A stretch of DNA of 64,000 bases from an uncultured Collinsella sp. (GCA_900541475.1 UQJV01000001.1:34245-98244); one strand, 5' to 3'; numbered from the stretch's first letter, positions 7,448 to 19,500 are shown. Translations and numbers: made by a program. The notes: a model not told the origin generated them from the letters alone.

Positions 7448-10330
7448 ATGACGCTACTGTATTTCCTTACCCTGTTTCCGCTGGTACCGGCGCTGGGTAT
7501 GCTGTTCGCGCGCGGTGACCGCGCCCGCGATGCGGTGGGGCTCATAGGTTCCGGCATCATTATGGCGGTGACAGTTGTAGTCGCCGTCATGTTTTTTGGC
7601 ACGGGCCCGCAGAGCTTTGAGGTTGCCCCCGGCACCTCGCATGTGCTCTCGATCATCAGCTCCGCCATCGATGTCATCCTGTGCGCTGTCATCCTGTACA
7701 ACGCGTATAAATATAGGAACGTGCTTACCACAGTGCTCGGCATAGTCCAGCTGGTGGGGTCGCTCGCCTTTGCGACCATGACGCTGCCCGCGGCCGAAGC
7801 CGTCACGGCGACGCCGCTCTACCTGGACTACATGAGCGTGATCATGGTCCTCGCCGTCGGCATCGTCGGCAGCCTAATCTGCGTGTATGCCCTGGGCTAC
7901 ATGAAGGACTTCCAGGCCCACGACGAGCACGAGGCCGCGCTGCGCGGGCAGACCGCGCCCGACCGTCGCCCGCAGTTCCTGGCGCTCATGTTCCTGTTCC
8001 TCTCGGCCATGTTCGTCATCGTGACGAGCGACAACCTTGAGTGGCTGTTCTGCGGCTGGGAGATCACCACCGTGTGCTCGTTCCTCATGATTGGCTACAC
8101 GCGCACGCCCGAGGCCATCAAGAACGCCTTCACCCAGATCATCCTCAACATGCTGGGCGGTATCGCGTTTTTGGCCGGACTCATGTACCTGCACGTTAAC
8201 GGCATGCCGTTGACCATCTCGGGCATGATCGAGCTTTCCGGCGCCGGAACCGCGCAATCCGCGCTGCTGGTGATGCCGGTCATCCTGCTGTCGCTCGCCG
8301 CGCTCACCAAGGCCGCACAGATGCCGTTCCACACTTGGCTGCTCGGTGCCATGGTTGCCCCCACGCCCACGAGCGCCCTGCTGCATTCGTCCACCATGGT
8401 CAAAGCCGGCGTGTTCCTAATGGTCAAGCTGAGCCCGCTCTATGCCATCTATCCCGTGACCGGCTTTATGGTCACGAGTGTGGGTGCCATCACGTTTTTG
8501 CTCGCTGCCCTCATGGCCATCTCGCAGAGCAACGCCAAACGCGTGCTCGCGTACTCCACCATTTCCAACTTGGGCCTCATCAGTGCCTGCTTGGGTGTCG
8601 GCGCGCCCGAGGCCGTGTGGGCCGCCATCTTCCTGATCCTGTTCCACACGGTGGCCAAATCGCTGCTGTTCCTGTGCGTGGGCACCGCCGAGCATCATAT
8701 CGGCAGCCGCAATATCGAGGACATGGACGGTATGTTCAGCCGCATGCCGCACCTGACGCGTCTGATGATGCTGGGCATCATGGGCATGTTTGTGGCGCCG
8801 TTTGGCATGCTCGTGTCCAAGTGGGGTGCCCTGGTGGCGTTTGCGCAGACCGGCAACGTGCTCATGATCATGGTGCTTGCCTTTGGCTCGGCCGCGACGT
8901 TTTACTTCTGGGGCAAGTGGCTTGCCAAACTTTCGGGCGTCGACCCCACGGCTCAAAACGTTGAGGTTAATGTCCATAAGACCGAATGGATGGCGCTCAA
9001 CACCATCGCCGCGCTGCTGATTCTGTGCTGCGTGGCGTTCCCGGTTATCTCGAGCGGTCTGGTGTCGCCTTACTTGGCCATGGTGTTTGGCCGCGTGCCG
9101 TACGTTATTGGCAAGGACGCCATGTATCTGATGGTGGTTATCGTGGCGTTTATCGCCGTGGTGCTGCTGACGTCGTTCCGCGTGAGCAATAAGCCGCACG
9201 TCAACGTGTACCTTTCGGGCGTTGGAACCGAGAACTACCGTCATTTCCGCGGCTCGATGGGACACGAGGTAAAGGCCGAAAAGCGCAATTGGTACTCGGA
9301 GGACGCCCTTGGCGAGAAGCGTATTGGCCCCGCGGGTAGCGTCGTGTGCTGCAGCATTATCTTGTTTGCGCTGCTGTGCTGCGCGTGGATTGGGCCCGAG
9401 CGGCTTGCCATGAGTGCGCCCTCGGTGCTGCGCGGCAAGTATTTCGAAGGCTCGGGCGTCGTGGGCATTTTTATTGGTACCGTGGCGTTTGCCTTGCTGG
9501 CGCCGCTTGTGGGCGGTTTGATTGACGGCCTTGACCGCAAGCTGTCCGCTCGCATGCAGGGTCGCGTGGGGCCGCGTCTGCTGCAGCCCTTCTACGACGT
9601 TGCCAAGCTGCTGCGTAAAGCCCCTGCCAGCGTAAACACCATGGACGATACCTACATGGCGTGCGCGCTCATCTTTACCGCCGTGGGCGGCGGCATCTTT
9701 GTGTCGGGCTCCAACACGCTGCTGTGCGCCTTTATGGTGACGCTCGCCGCGATCTTTGTGGTGCTGGCGTCCGCCTCGACGCAAAGCCCGTTTGCCCAGG
9801 TCGGCGCCGATCGTGAGTTGCTGCAGGTTATGAGTTACGAGCCCGCCGTTCTGCTGATGAGCGTGGGCTTGTACCTTGCCACCGATAGCTTCGATTCCAT
9901 CGCCGTGACGGGGCAGTCGGCCCCCATCATCGTGTACAGCGCGCCCATTTTCCTCGCGCTGCTCGCGGTGCTCACCATCAAGCTGCGCAAGTCGCCGTTT
10001 GACCTTTCGTACTCACATCACGCGCATCAGGAGATCGTCCAGGGCGTCGCCACCGAGATGAGCGGCGGCACGCTGGCCAAGATGACCCTTATGCACTGGT
10101 GCGAGACCGTGCTGTTTTTGATGTGGGTGGGCATGTTCTTTGTCTGGGACAACCCGGTGAGCTGGGTCGTAGCCCTGGTCGTGATGGCTGCGACGTACTT
10201 TGTCGAGGTGCTGATTGACAACACCTTCGCGCGCAGCACCTGGCGCAGCTGCTTTAAGCTCGGCTGGGGCGTGGCGCTGGTATTTGGCCTGCTCAACCTT
10301 ATGCCCATCCTCGTTGACGTGTTTATTTAG
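7448..10330 (+). CDS. Ech-type hydrogenase membrane subunits EchA-like (NuoL/HyfB antiporter-like, about first 640 aa) fused in frame to EchB-like (NuoH/HycD-like, last ~300 aa)
   Basis: WLLGAMVAPTPTSALLHSSTMVKAGVFLMVKLSPL (NuoL/M/N signature); C-terminal GLIDGLDRKLSARMQGRVGPRLLQPFYDVAKLLRK (NuoH signature); single uninterrupted 960-aa ORF. Confidence 0.8.
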   Translation: MTLLYFLTLFPLVPALGMLFARGDRARDAVGLIGSGIIMAVTVVVAVMFFGTGPQSFEVAPGTSHVLSIISSAIDVILCAVILYNAYKYRNVLTTVLGIVQLVGSLAFATMTLPAAEAVTATPLYLDYMSVIMVLAVGIVGSLICVYALGYMKDFQAHDEHEAALRGQTAPDRRPQFLALMFLFLSAMFVIVTSDNLEWLFCGWEITTVCSFLMIGYTRTPEAIKNAFTQIILNMLGGIAFLAGLMYLHVNGMPLTISGMIELSGAGTAQSALLVMPVILLSLAALTKAAQMPFHTWLLGAMVAPTPTSALLHSSTMVKAGVFLMVKLSPLYAIYPVTGFMVTSVGAITFLLAALMAISQSNAKRVLAYSTISNLGLISACLGVGAPEAVWAAIFLILFHTVAKSLLFLCVGTAEHHIGSRNIEDMDGMFSRMPHLTRLMMLGIMGMFVAPFGMLVSKWGALVAFAQTGNVLMIMVLAFGSAATFYFWGKWLAKLSGVDPTAQNVEVNVHKTEWMALNTIAALLILCCVAFPVISSGLVSPYLAMVFGRVPYVIGKDAMYLMVVIVAFIAVVLLTSFRVSNKPHVNVYLSGVGTENYRHFRGSMGHEVKAEKRNWYSEDALGEKRIGPAGSVVCCSIILFALLCCAWIGPERLAMSAPSVLRGKYFEGSGVVGIFIGTVAFALLAPLVGGLIDGLDRKLSARMQGRVGPRLLQPFYDVAKLLRKAPASVNTMDDTYMACALIFTAVGGGIFVSGSNTLLCAFMVTLAAIFVVLASASTQSPFAQVGADRELLQVMSYEPAVLLMSVGLYLATDSFDSIAVTGQSAPIIVYSAPIFLALLAVLTIKLRKSPFDLSYSHHAHQEIVQGVATEMSGGTLAKMTLMHWCETVLFLMWVGMFFVWDNPVSWVVALVVMAATYFVEVLIDNTFARSTWRSCFKLGWGVALVFGLLNLMPILVDVFI

Positions 10331-10342
10331 GAGGCGGCATCC

Positions 10343-10969
10343 ATGAATCATAAAATGTCGCGCTCGCCGTGGGTTATTCATTACGACGGCTCGAGCTGCA
10401 ACGGATGCGATATCGAGGTGTTGGCCTCGCTCACGCCGCTGTTCGATGCGGAGCGCTTTGGCGTGGTCAACACCGGCAACCCCAAGCATGCGGATATCTT
10501 TTTGGTAACGGGGTCGGTCAACGCTCAGAACCTGCCCGTCGTGCGCCAGATCTACAACCAGATGCTCGAGCCCAAGTGCGTGGTGGCCTGCGGTATCTGC
10601 GCGTGTTCGGGCGGTGTGTTCCGCGATGCCTATAACGTGATCGGCGGCGTGGACCGCGCGATTCCCGTGGACGTGTACGCGCCCGGGTGCGCCATTCGCC
10701 CCGAGACGGTGATCGATGCCATCGTGGAGGCGTGCGGCATTCTGGACCAGAAGGAGGCCGTGATGCGCGCCGGCGGCGATCCGCTCACCGTGGGCGGCAC
10801 CGCTACCTGGGACGGTGGCGTTGAGCTGGGCGAGGACGGGTTTGTGGCAGCGGGGGCCGGGGCTGATGGCGCCGGTGACGCGCCTGCCGGGAAGTCCGCT
10901 GCGCCCGTCGCTGACGACGCACCTGTTGAGACGCCCACCGCGCCCGCCGCTGCAAAGGAGGCCGAGTAA
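10343..10969 (+). CDS. [NiFe] hydrogenase small subunit, NuoB-like (EchC-like), with Ala/Pro/Gly-rich C-terminal tail
   Basis: SCNGCDIE ... CGICACSGG ... APGCAIRPE Fe-S ligand pattern of NuoB/HycG family. Confidence 0.85.
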   Translation: MNHKMSRSPWVIHYDGSSCNGCDIEVLASLTPLFDAERFGVVNTGNPKHADIFLVTGSVNAQNLPVVRQIYNQMLEPKCVVACGICACSGGVFRDAYNVIGGVDRAIPVDVYAPGCAIRPETVIDAIVEACGILDQKEAVMRAGGDPLTVGGTATWDGGVELGEDGFVAAGAGADGAGDAPAGKSAAPVADDAPVETPTAPAAAKEAE

Positions 10970-11679
10970 TGCAAAAGGCTATCTATGCCACCGTCGGGAT
11001 TGACGAGCTCCTGTCACATGTGCAGGCGCTCAAGGGTGCCGGCGCGCGCTTTGTGCAAATGCACGCCGAGCGCAACGTCGACGACGGCTCGTATCGCCTG
11101 GTCTACACGTTTATCAACGTTCGTGCTGCTCAGGAGCATATCGCGCAGGACGGCAGCTATGCGATTGAGAACCTGGTGGTCGAGGGAATTGATCAGTACC
11201 AGGAGATTCCGTCCATCAGCTCGTACTATCCGGCGGTATTCCCGTTTGAAAATGAGGTCCACGACCTATTTGGTCTTGCCATCACCGACATGCAGATCGA
11301 CTTTAAGGGCTTTTTCTACCAGGTCTCGACTGCCGAGCCTATGAGCGTTATCACGCCCGAGGTGAAGGCCGCGCGCGAGAAGGCCATGAAGGTGCGTGCC
11401 GCCGCCGAGGCCAAGGCGCGCAAGGCCGCAGCCGAGAAGGTTGCCGCGGCCGCTGCGGGGGAGGGCGTTGCGGGCGCTGGCGATGCTGCGGACGCTGCCG
11501 CTCAGCCCGATGCGGCTGCCGGCTCCGATGCTCAGCACAATGAAGCTGCTGCCAAGGCGGCGCTTAAAGCCGCCGAGATGGAGGCAAAGCTCGCCGCCAT
11601 GGATCCTGAGAAAGCGGCCAAGGTCCGCGCGGCGCTTGCCGCCAAGGCCGCCCGCGACAAGCAGAAAAAGGAGGCGTAA
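10969..11679 (+). CDS. NuoC-like hydrogenase subunit (EchD-like) with roughly 100-aa Ala/Lys-rich C-terminal tail
   Basis: PFENEVHDLFGLAITD resembles NuoC E.E..D.FG motif; tail KAAREKAMKVRAAAEAKARKAAAEK... Confidence 0.65.
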   Translation: MQKAIYATVGIDELLSHVQALKGAGARFVQMHAERNVDDGSYRLVYTFINVRAAQEHIAQDGSYAIENLVVEGIDQYQEIPSISSYYPAVFPFENEVHDLFGLAITDMQIDFKGFFYQVSTAEPMSVITPEVKAAREKAMKVRAAAEAKARKAAAEKVAAAAAGEGVAGAGDAADAAAQPDAAAGSDAQHNEAAAKAALKAAEMEAKLAAMDPEKAAKVRAALAAKAARDKQKKEA

Positions 11680-11684
11680 GGTCC

Positions 11685-12773
11685 ATGGCGCATCGCTCCG
11701 TTATTCCGTTTGGCCCGCAGCACCCGGTGCTGCCCGAGCCGCTTCATCTGGACCTGGTGATCGAGGACGACCGTGTCATCGAGGCAATTCCGCAGATCGG
11801 CTTTGTGCACCGCGGACTCGAGAAGCTCACCGAAAAGCGTGATATGCATCAGTTTGGCTACATCGCCGAGCGCATCTGCGGTATCTGCGCCGTGGGCCAT
11901 AGCTACGGCTATGCCAGCGCCTGCGAGCGCATGTTCGGCATCGAGGTGCCCGGTCGCGTGCAGTATATCCGCACCATTTTGCACGAGCTTTCGCGCATTC
12001 ACTCGCACCTGCTGTGGTTGGGCCTGCTCGCCGATGCCTTTGGCTTCGAGGCGCTGTTCTATCGGTCGTGGACGCTGCGAGAGCAGATTCTCAATATCTT
12101 TGAGAGTACGTGCGGCGGTCGCGTGATTTTGTCAATCAACGAGATCGGCGGTCTTAAGCACGACATTGAGGACTCCGAGCTAGCGGGCATTGTCCAGACG
12201 CTCGACGCCATGCGTCCCGACTACGAGGCCCTGGTGCATACGTTTTTGGACGACAATAGCTGCGGCGAGCGCCTGCACGGCGTGGGCGTGATCAGCAAGA
12301 AGGACGCGCTGGAGCTTTCGATGGTCGGCCCGTTCGGCCGCGCCTCGGGCGTGGATTACGACGTGCGCATGTTTGGCGACGGTGCCTATGCGGACCTGGC
12401 CGCGTTTGAGCCCATCGTTGCTACCGATGGCGATTGCTACGCCCGCTGCCAGGTGCGTTGCGCCGAGGTCACGCAGGCCATGGACATCATCAAGGAGCTT
12501 GTGGGCAAGATTCCGCACGACGGTATCGGCGGGCGCACCAAGCTCACGCCGGCCGACGGCGCGCGCGGCGAGGTTGTGATTGAGCAGCCGCGCGGCGAGG
12601 CGTACTACTATGTGCGCGGCAACGGCACCAAGAACCTGGACCGTTTTCGCGTGCGCACGCCGACGTCGCAGAACCTGGCGGGTCTGACACATGCGCTGCA
12701 GGGTGTGCTCCTTGCCAACGTGCCCATGATTATCCTGACCATCGACCCCTGCATTAGCTGCACGGAAAGGTAG
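11685..12773 (+). CDS. [NiFe] hydrogenase large subunit, NuoD-like (EchE-like, 362 aa)
   Basis: N-terminal RICGICAVGHS and C-terminal DPCISCTER Ni-Fe ligand motifs. Confidence 0.9.
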   Translation: MAHRSVIPFGPQHPVLPEPLHLDLVIEDDRVIEAIPQIGFVHRGLEKLTEKRDMHQFGYIAERICGICAVGHSYGYASACERMFGIEVPGRVQYIRTILHELSRIHSHLLWLGLLADAFGFEALFYRSWTLREQILNIFESTCGGRVILSINEIGGLKHDIEDSELAGIVQTLDAMRPDYEALVHTFLDDNSCGERLHGVGVISKKDALELSMVGPFGRASGVDYDVRMFGDGAYADLAAFEPIVATDGDCYARCQVRCAEVTQAMDIIKELVGKIPHDGIGGRTKLTPADGARGEVVIEQPRGEAYYYVRGNGTKNLDRFRVRTPTSQNLAGLTHALQGVLLANVPMIILTIDPCISCTER

Positions 12774-12780
12774 GCGCGGC

Positions 12781-13122
12781 ATGAGTTTGCTGACATTTGC
12801 CAAGACGGCCTTGGGCTCTATGGTCAAGCCGCCGGTCACGGTGTGCTATCCGCAGGAGGAGCTGACGGCGCCCGAGCGCCTGCGCGGGCATATCGTCAAT
12901 GACATGGACGTGTGCATTTGCTGCGGCATGTGCGCGCGTCGTTGCCCGGCGGGCGCGCTTGCGGTCGATCGCAAAGGCGGCACCTGGTCGATTGACCCGT
13001 ATGCCTGCGTGGTGTGCGGCGAGTGCATCGAAAGCTGCCCCAAGCACTGCCTGACTATGGATACCGCCCGCACCCCAGTTGCGGTCGATAAGACTCCCAC
13101 GGTAGAAACCAAGCCGGAGTAA
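12781..13122 (+). CDS. 2x[4Fe-4S] ferredoxin subunit (EchF/NuoI-like)
   Basis: CICCGMCARRCP and CVVCGECIESCP. Confidence 0.85.
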   Translation: MSLLTFAKTALGSMVKPPVTVCYPQEELTAPERLRGHIVNDMDVCICCGMCARRCPAGALAVDRKGGTWSIDPYACVVCGECIESCPKHCLTMDTARTPVAVDKTPTVETKPE

Positions 13123-13143
13123 CGCTGGAATTGAGCTGGAATA

Positions 13144-13177
13144 GGGGCCGGCGGGGCAAAAATGCCCCACCGGCCCC
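13144..13177 (+). terminator. GC-rich hairpin after hydrogenase operon
   Basis: GGGGCCGGCGGGG-loop-CCCCACCGGCCCC. Confidence 0.45.
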
Positions 13178-13189
13178 GCGCTTAAACGC

Positions 13190-13440
13190 GCGGTTGGGCC
13201 GCCACGAACAAAACTATGCCGGTTTACGGGGCTGGATAGCGAACCTCCGACCATACAGAAAATCGCAAAAACAAAACCGCAGGTAGAACGCCTGCGGTTT
13301 TTCATTAAACGCGGTTATGGTCAGGGGTATCGGGTCAAACGTAGTAGATGGGCCAGTTTTGAGGCGAGCACCACCAATTGATCCCCCGGGGACGGAAGAA
13401 AGCGGATCATTTTTGCCTGATGGTTCCGAGTCGCACCCGT
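13190..13440. repeat. intergenic repeat block (family R) upstream of adhesin gene; contains hairpin AAAACCGCAGGTAGAACGCCTGCGGTTTT (13274-13301)
   Basis: Near-identical segments recur at 19960-20620 (e.g. GGGTCAAACGTAGTAGATGGGCC, GACGGAAGAAA(G/A)CGGATCATTTT, CAAAACTATGCCGGTTTACGG). Confidence 0.8.
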
Positions 13441-13590
13441 TTTCCTGCGAAAATGCCGTGTCTCAACTTTGGTGAGACATTTGTCTCACGCCCAAAACGG
13501 AATCTGGAGCATGTGTCACCTGCCCAAATTGTGTCTCATTTCGTAACTTTAGGCTGTTGCAAGGTCTGAGACCGCGAGAAGGGAGACGCG

Positions 13591-16500
13591 ATGAGTAAGT
13601 ACACGAGGGGTCTCTTGGCGGTGATACTTGCCGTAGTGCTTGTGTTGCCGGCTGCAGCATTTGCCATGCTGCCCGAGGCCAACGCCAGGTCCAGCACCGG
13701 AATGGACGGACCGACAATGACCGGAAAGGTCGTCGACCCCGACACCAGCAACTACTGGAAGTTCTGGGCCGGCGGCTATAACGGAAAGGAAGTAACAACT
13801 CAAAACGTCGGCCGAATCTGGACCGACAAGACGGTCAAGGCAGTCGAGAGCGGGGATTCGGATTTCCTGACCACGCTGTCTGCCATCTCTTCGACATCCG
13901 ATACGACGATTTCCGGCAAGCCGCTCGACATCGTGATGGTGCTGGATGCTTCTGGCTCGATGGACGACCCTATGGGCACGGGCGACAACACAAAGCGCAT
14001 CGATGCGCTAAAGACGGCCGCCAATACCTTTATTGACGCCATCGCCGCGCAAAACCAAAGCTTTACAGATGCGTCCAAGCAGCATCGGGTTGCCATCGTA
14101 AAGTTTGCGGGCAAGAAGAAGACTGATAAGGTCGGCAACGACACTTATCGTGATGGACGGTACACCTACAACTACTCGCAGACCATGAAGAACCTGACGT
14201 CCTGCAAGGGCAAGGATGCGGATAGCCTCAAGGACACGGTTGGCAACATCAATCCTGCCGGTTCCACGCAAGCCGACTATGGTCTGGAGCTGGCCGAGAA
14301 CATTACTATTAATTCTGGTCGTGCAGATGCCAAGAAGATTGTTGTGTTCTTTACCGATGGCTCACCTACGAGTTCAAGTGGATTCCAGGCAAGTGTTGCC
14401 GATAGCGCCATCGCTAGCGCCAAGAGCCTCAAAGCTAATGGTGCCGACATTTATACTATTGGCATCTTTAACGGAGCAAATCCCAGCGCCGACCCCACAG
14501 CTGAAGGCACGAGCAAAGTGAACAAGTTCATGCATGCTGTGTCGAGCAACTATCCTGGTGCCACGTCAAGCATCTCTTTCTGGGGCGAGTGGGTCATCGA
14601 CTATGGCACGCGTGCGGAAAACTCCGACTACTACAAGTCGGCAACCAGCGCCTCTGAGCTCGAGAAAATCTTCGAAGAGATCTCGGGAAGCATTATCCAA
14701 ACTGGTTACCCGACAGAAGTTCACAGCGGTTATGGCGAGCATAAGTCCGGCTACATCACGTTTACCGATGAGCTGGGCGACTTTATGCAGGTCGACAACT
14801 TTACGTCCGTCGTGTATGGTGGCGAGACGTTTGAAAAACCGTCAAAGAAGCCCGAGGGTAACGTCGACACCTACACATTTTCTGGTGCCGCTGCGAACCT
14901 GGTCATCACCGTTCAGCATGCCGAAGAGGGCAAGCCTCAGACCGGCGATATCGTAACGGCTAAGATTCCTGCGTCGCTGATTCCGCTGCGCCACTTTAAG
15001 ATCACCGACGGCGTTCTTACGGTCGACAATACTGAGCCCATCCAGGTGAACTACACCTCGAGCGTTAAGAAAGAAGCGCTCGATAACCTCTTTACGCCCA
15101 AGAACGTAAAGGGGCTCGAGGACTACATCAAGAGCAATACGACCACCGCGGAGAACGGTTCCAAGACCGTTAACTTCTACGCGAACAAGTGGAACGCTGG
15201 CGCGCTGGGCGATACGATCGCGAACTTTGAGCCTGCCGACACCAACCGCTATTACTATTTCCAGAAGCAGACCCCCATTTACACGGATAAGAACTGCACG
15301 ACGCCTGCAACGGGTTCGCTGCCTGTCGGCAGCAAGTATTACTACAAGGATGAGTTTGAGGCGCTGGGCGCAGACGGAAAGGCCGAATCCCGTACTGCTG
15401 TTATTGAGTTTGCCGGTGAAGACGCTGCGAACTTTGAGGGCGCCGTCGTGCGCGACGCGAGTGGAAACCTGTCGTTTAGCAAGGGAACCGCACGTCTGGC
15501 CTTTATTGATGAGCTCCACACCACCAAGGAGAGCGTGGGCGGTAACCTCACCGGCACCGCGGCCGACGTGCTCAATCCCAAGTGGAACAACACGTCTGCC
15601 AAGTCGAACGCCACGGAGGTTGACGTTCACTTGGGCAACAACGGCAAGATCAGCTATAAGTACGACATGACGCCGACAACGGTGGATACCAAGGCCAGCT
15701 TTGGCCTAACCAAGGTGCTCGAGGGCCGCGAGTGGACGGATGAGGACACGTTTGAGTTTGGGCTGACGTCCGAGGATAACGCCCCGATGCCCGCGTCCGC
15801 GATCGCGACTGCGACCGAGGGCAACACGGCTATCGATTTCGGTGAGATCACCTACGCCGAGCCCGGCACGTATGTCTACAAAGTCAGCGAAAAGAACGCC
15901 GGGACCACGGTTGACGGCATCGCCTACAGCAAGAACGTCGCGGAGATTACCGTGACGGTGACGCCCAACAAGAAGGGCGAGCTGAGCGCTGATGTGAATG
16001 TAGCCTGGAGCGAAGCCGGCGTGACCGAGTTCAGGAACACCTACACTACGAATCCTGTTGAGTCCAGCGTTACCGACAAGATTGACGTAACCAAGTCCCT
16101 GACCGGGCGCGACCTTACGGCCGGCGAGTTCAGCTTTGAGTTGCGCGAGGTTAAGGGCGAGGACTCCGAGCTTATTGAGACCGTTGCGAACGCCGCCGAC
16201 GGCAAGGTGACGTTCAGCCCCATCAGGTACACCGAGATCGGCCAGCACACCTACACGCTGCACGAGGTTAAGGGCAACGCCGGTGGCATCACCTACGACG
16301 ATACGGTCCACACCATCGTGACGACTATCAGCGATAACGGCAAGGGCCAGCTGGTGGCTACGCACGAGATAAAGGGCGCCGAGGGCGCCAAGAGCATCGA
16401 GTTCAAGAACGCATACAATCTGACCCCTAAGAGCTCCAGCGTCACTGACCAGGTCAAGGCGACTAAGGTCCTGACTGGACGCGAGCTTACTGCCGGCGAG

Positions 16501-19500
16501 TTCTCCTTCGAGCTCGTCGAGGGCGAGGACGCCAAGGTCGTCGCCACCGGTACTAACAATGCCGAAGGCAAGATTACGATGAGCCCCATCGAGTACACTG
16601 CTGCCGGCAAGCACACCTATACGCTGCGCGAGGTCAAGGGCAACGCTGGCGGTATCACCTACAGCGATGCCAAGTTCACCATCGAGACCACCATCACGGA
16701 CAACGGTGACGGTACGCTCAGTGCCACGCATGTTCTGAAGGACGTCAAGGTTGCCGAGTTCAAGAACTCCTACAACGTGACCCCCGAGAGCTCCAGCGTC
16801 ACCGACCAGATCACCGCGACCAAGTTCCTGACCGGCCGCGACCTCAAGGACGGCGAGTTCTCCTTCGAGCTCGTCGAGGGCGAGGGCGAGGGCGCCAAGG
16901 TCGTCGCCACCGGCACCAACAATGCCGAAGGCAACATCACGATGAGCGCCGTGAAGTACGACAAGGCCGGCAAGCACACCTACACGCTGCGCGAGGTCAA
17001 CGGCGGAACCACCAGCAAGGGCATCACCTACAGCACCGCCGAATACACCATCGAGACCACCATCACCGACAAGGGCGACGGTACGCTCAGTGCCACGCAT
17101 GTCCTGAAGGGCACCGAGCCCGCCGAGTTCAAGAACTCTTACAGTGTGACCCCGATCGACGCAGAGCTCGACTTTGGCCTGAGCAAGGCTGTCGATGGTC
17201 GCGCTTGGACGGACTCCGACGAGTTCAGCTTTACCATTACCGCCGCCGAGGGCACCCCGCTGCCCGACCCCGCAACCGTGACCGTGAACAAGAAGGACGC
17301 GAAGGACGGCATCGCCGCCATCAACTTCGGCAAGATCCGCTACACGGCTGCCGGAACCTACAAATATGAGATCCGCGAGAACGCGGGCAACGCGGCGGGC
17401 ATGACGTATGACGGACATGTCGCGACCGCCGAAGTGACCGTGACCGAGAACGGCGAGGGCGTCCTGACCGCCAACGTCACCAAGAAGGAAAGCGGACGTT
17501 TTACCAACACGTACCGCACTGAGCTCGATTACGCCGCGGCCGGCGGCCTTAAGCTCAGCAAGACCCTCTCCGGACGTCCCATGACCGAGGGTCAGTTCAC
17601 CTTTACCGTGACGCCCGCCGACGAGGCCTCTGCCATCGCGCTCGGCCTGCACGAGGGCGCCAACGTGTACAAGTCCCCTGCAACGGCAGAGGCAACGGTT
17701 GGTCTGATCGACATCCTGGCTGGCCATGAGGTCAAGTTTACGCAGGCTGACGCGGGCAAGACCTTTACATACACCGTTGCCGAGAAGAACGACGGCCAGC
17801 CCGGTTACACCTATGACGACGCCGAGCGCACCGTGACGATCGCTATCGCCGACGATGGCGCCGGCACGCTCACTGCTACCACGACCGTTACTGGCAACCC
17901 CGACAAGGGAACGCCGGTAACCGAGTACAAGACTGGTGCCGCTGCGGTCGAGAGCGCTGTGGTCCCGTTCGTCAACAGCTATAGCGCCACGACCGATGCA
18001 CCTGGTGGTGCCGTTGCTCAGGTCGTTGCCACCAAGACCCTGACCGGTCGTCCACTGGCCGACGGCGAGTTCTACTTTGGCATCGCCTACGCGGGCGAGA
18101 CGGAAGCCATCAGCGGTACGCCGACGTTCAACTATAACGGCCAGGTGAGCTTTGGCGCTCTGCATTACACGACCGATATGCTTGCCGACCTGGTAAGCAC
18201 CGGGCGCGCCATCCGCACCGACGCGGACGGCAAGCTTGCGTGGACTATCAACTACACAGCCTTTGAGTACACGAACTCGCTGGCCGGCATGGGCATTACC
18301 GCCGCTAAGTCGAGCTTTAGCTTTAAGGTCATCGTTATCGATAACGGCGACGGCACCCTGACGGCGACGACCGACTACGGTGATGCCAAGCCCGTGTTCG
18401 AGAACGTCTACGGCGCCGAGGCCGTCTATGCCACGCTCGCCGGCACCAAGAAGCTCCAGGCAGACAAGGGCCTGACCCCGGCCGACATCGCGGGCAAGTT
18501 CACCTTTACCGTGACTGCCGATGAGGCGGGCGCCCCGATGCCCGAGCATACGACTGCGACCAACGACACGGCCGGCAACGTGGACTTTGGCAAGATTCGC
18601 TTTACGCTCGAGGACCTCAACCGCGCCCTGGGCGTGACGACCGATGTGACCGATAAGGTCGAGGCAGACGAAGCTGACGAAGCCGAGGCCGACGCCGACG
18701 CTGATGCCAACGCCGACGAGTCCAGCGACGAGTCCGAGCCCGCAGCCCCCACCGCTCCGCGCTCGCACACCTTTACCTATACGGTGACCGAATCCGGTAG
18801 CGCCCCTGGCGTGACCAATGACGCCAACACCGCGCGCAAGGTTTCCTACACCGTGACCGATGACGGCGCCGGACATCTGAGCGTCGTGCGCAACGGCGAC
18901 GACGGTGCCGCCTTCACGTTCACCAACACGTACGGCGTGGCACCCACCGATTCTTCCGTGACCGATCAGGTCAAGACGGTTAAGCGTCTGACCGGACGCG
19001 ACCTTGCAGCTGGCGAGTTCACGTTTGAGCTGCTCGAGGACGGCGTGACTGTCGCTAGTGGCACCAACGACGCCAACGGTAACGTTACGCTGAGCCCGAT
19101 TCGCTACGAGGCGCCCGGTACGCACACGTACACGCTGCGCGAGGCTTGCCCCAACGCGCTCGGCCTGTACAAGGGTGTCACCTATGACGGCACGACCTAC
19201 ACCGTCGTGACCACCGTCTCCGACAACGGCGACGGCACGCTGACCGCGTCGCACAAGCTCGAGGGAACTACCGAGTCGGCTGGCTTTACCAACAAGTATC
19301 ACGCCATGCCCACGCAGGTTTCCATCGGCGCCATCAAGGTACTCGAGGGACGCGAACTCAAGAAGGACGAGTTTAGCTTTAAGCTCGTTGGCGAGGACGT
19401 CGAGTCCACCGTCACCAACGATGCCGACGGCAAGATCAACTTCGACAAGTTCGAGTACGACGAGCCCGGTACGTACGTCTACACCATCAGCGAGGTCAAG

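Noticed and set aside
8417-9784. 455-aa minus-strand ORF (also 7874-8386, 10013-10489)
   Set aside because: Antisense to the EchA-EchB membrane gene; His/Arg/Gly-rich, no domain signal.
12754-13305. Small ORFs sharing the peptide RRRSTCGF(V/A)FA (also 19781-20089, 20256-20576)
   Set aside because: They are translations of the dispersed intergenic repeat family R, not a conserved small-protein family.
13463-13803. Small ORFs (111, 84, 71 aa) in the 5' region of the adhesin gene on the minus strand
   Set aside because: Antisense to or overlapping the adhesin start and promoter; no support.
15706-19302. 1198-aa minus-strand ORF
   Set aside because: Antisense shadow of the adhesin gene; repetitive Gly/Val/Ala translation mirrors the sense-strand repeats.
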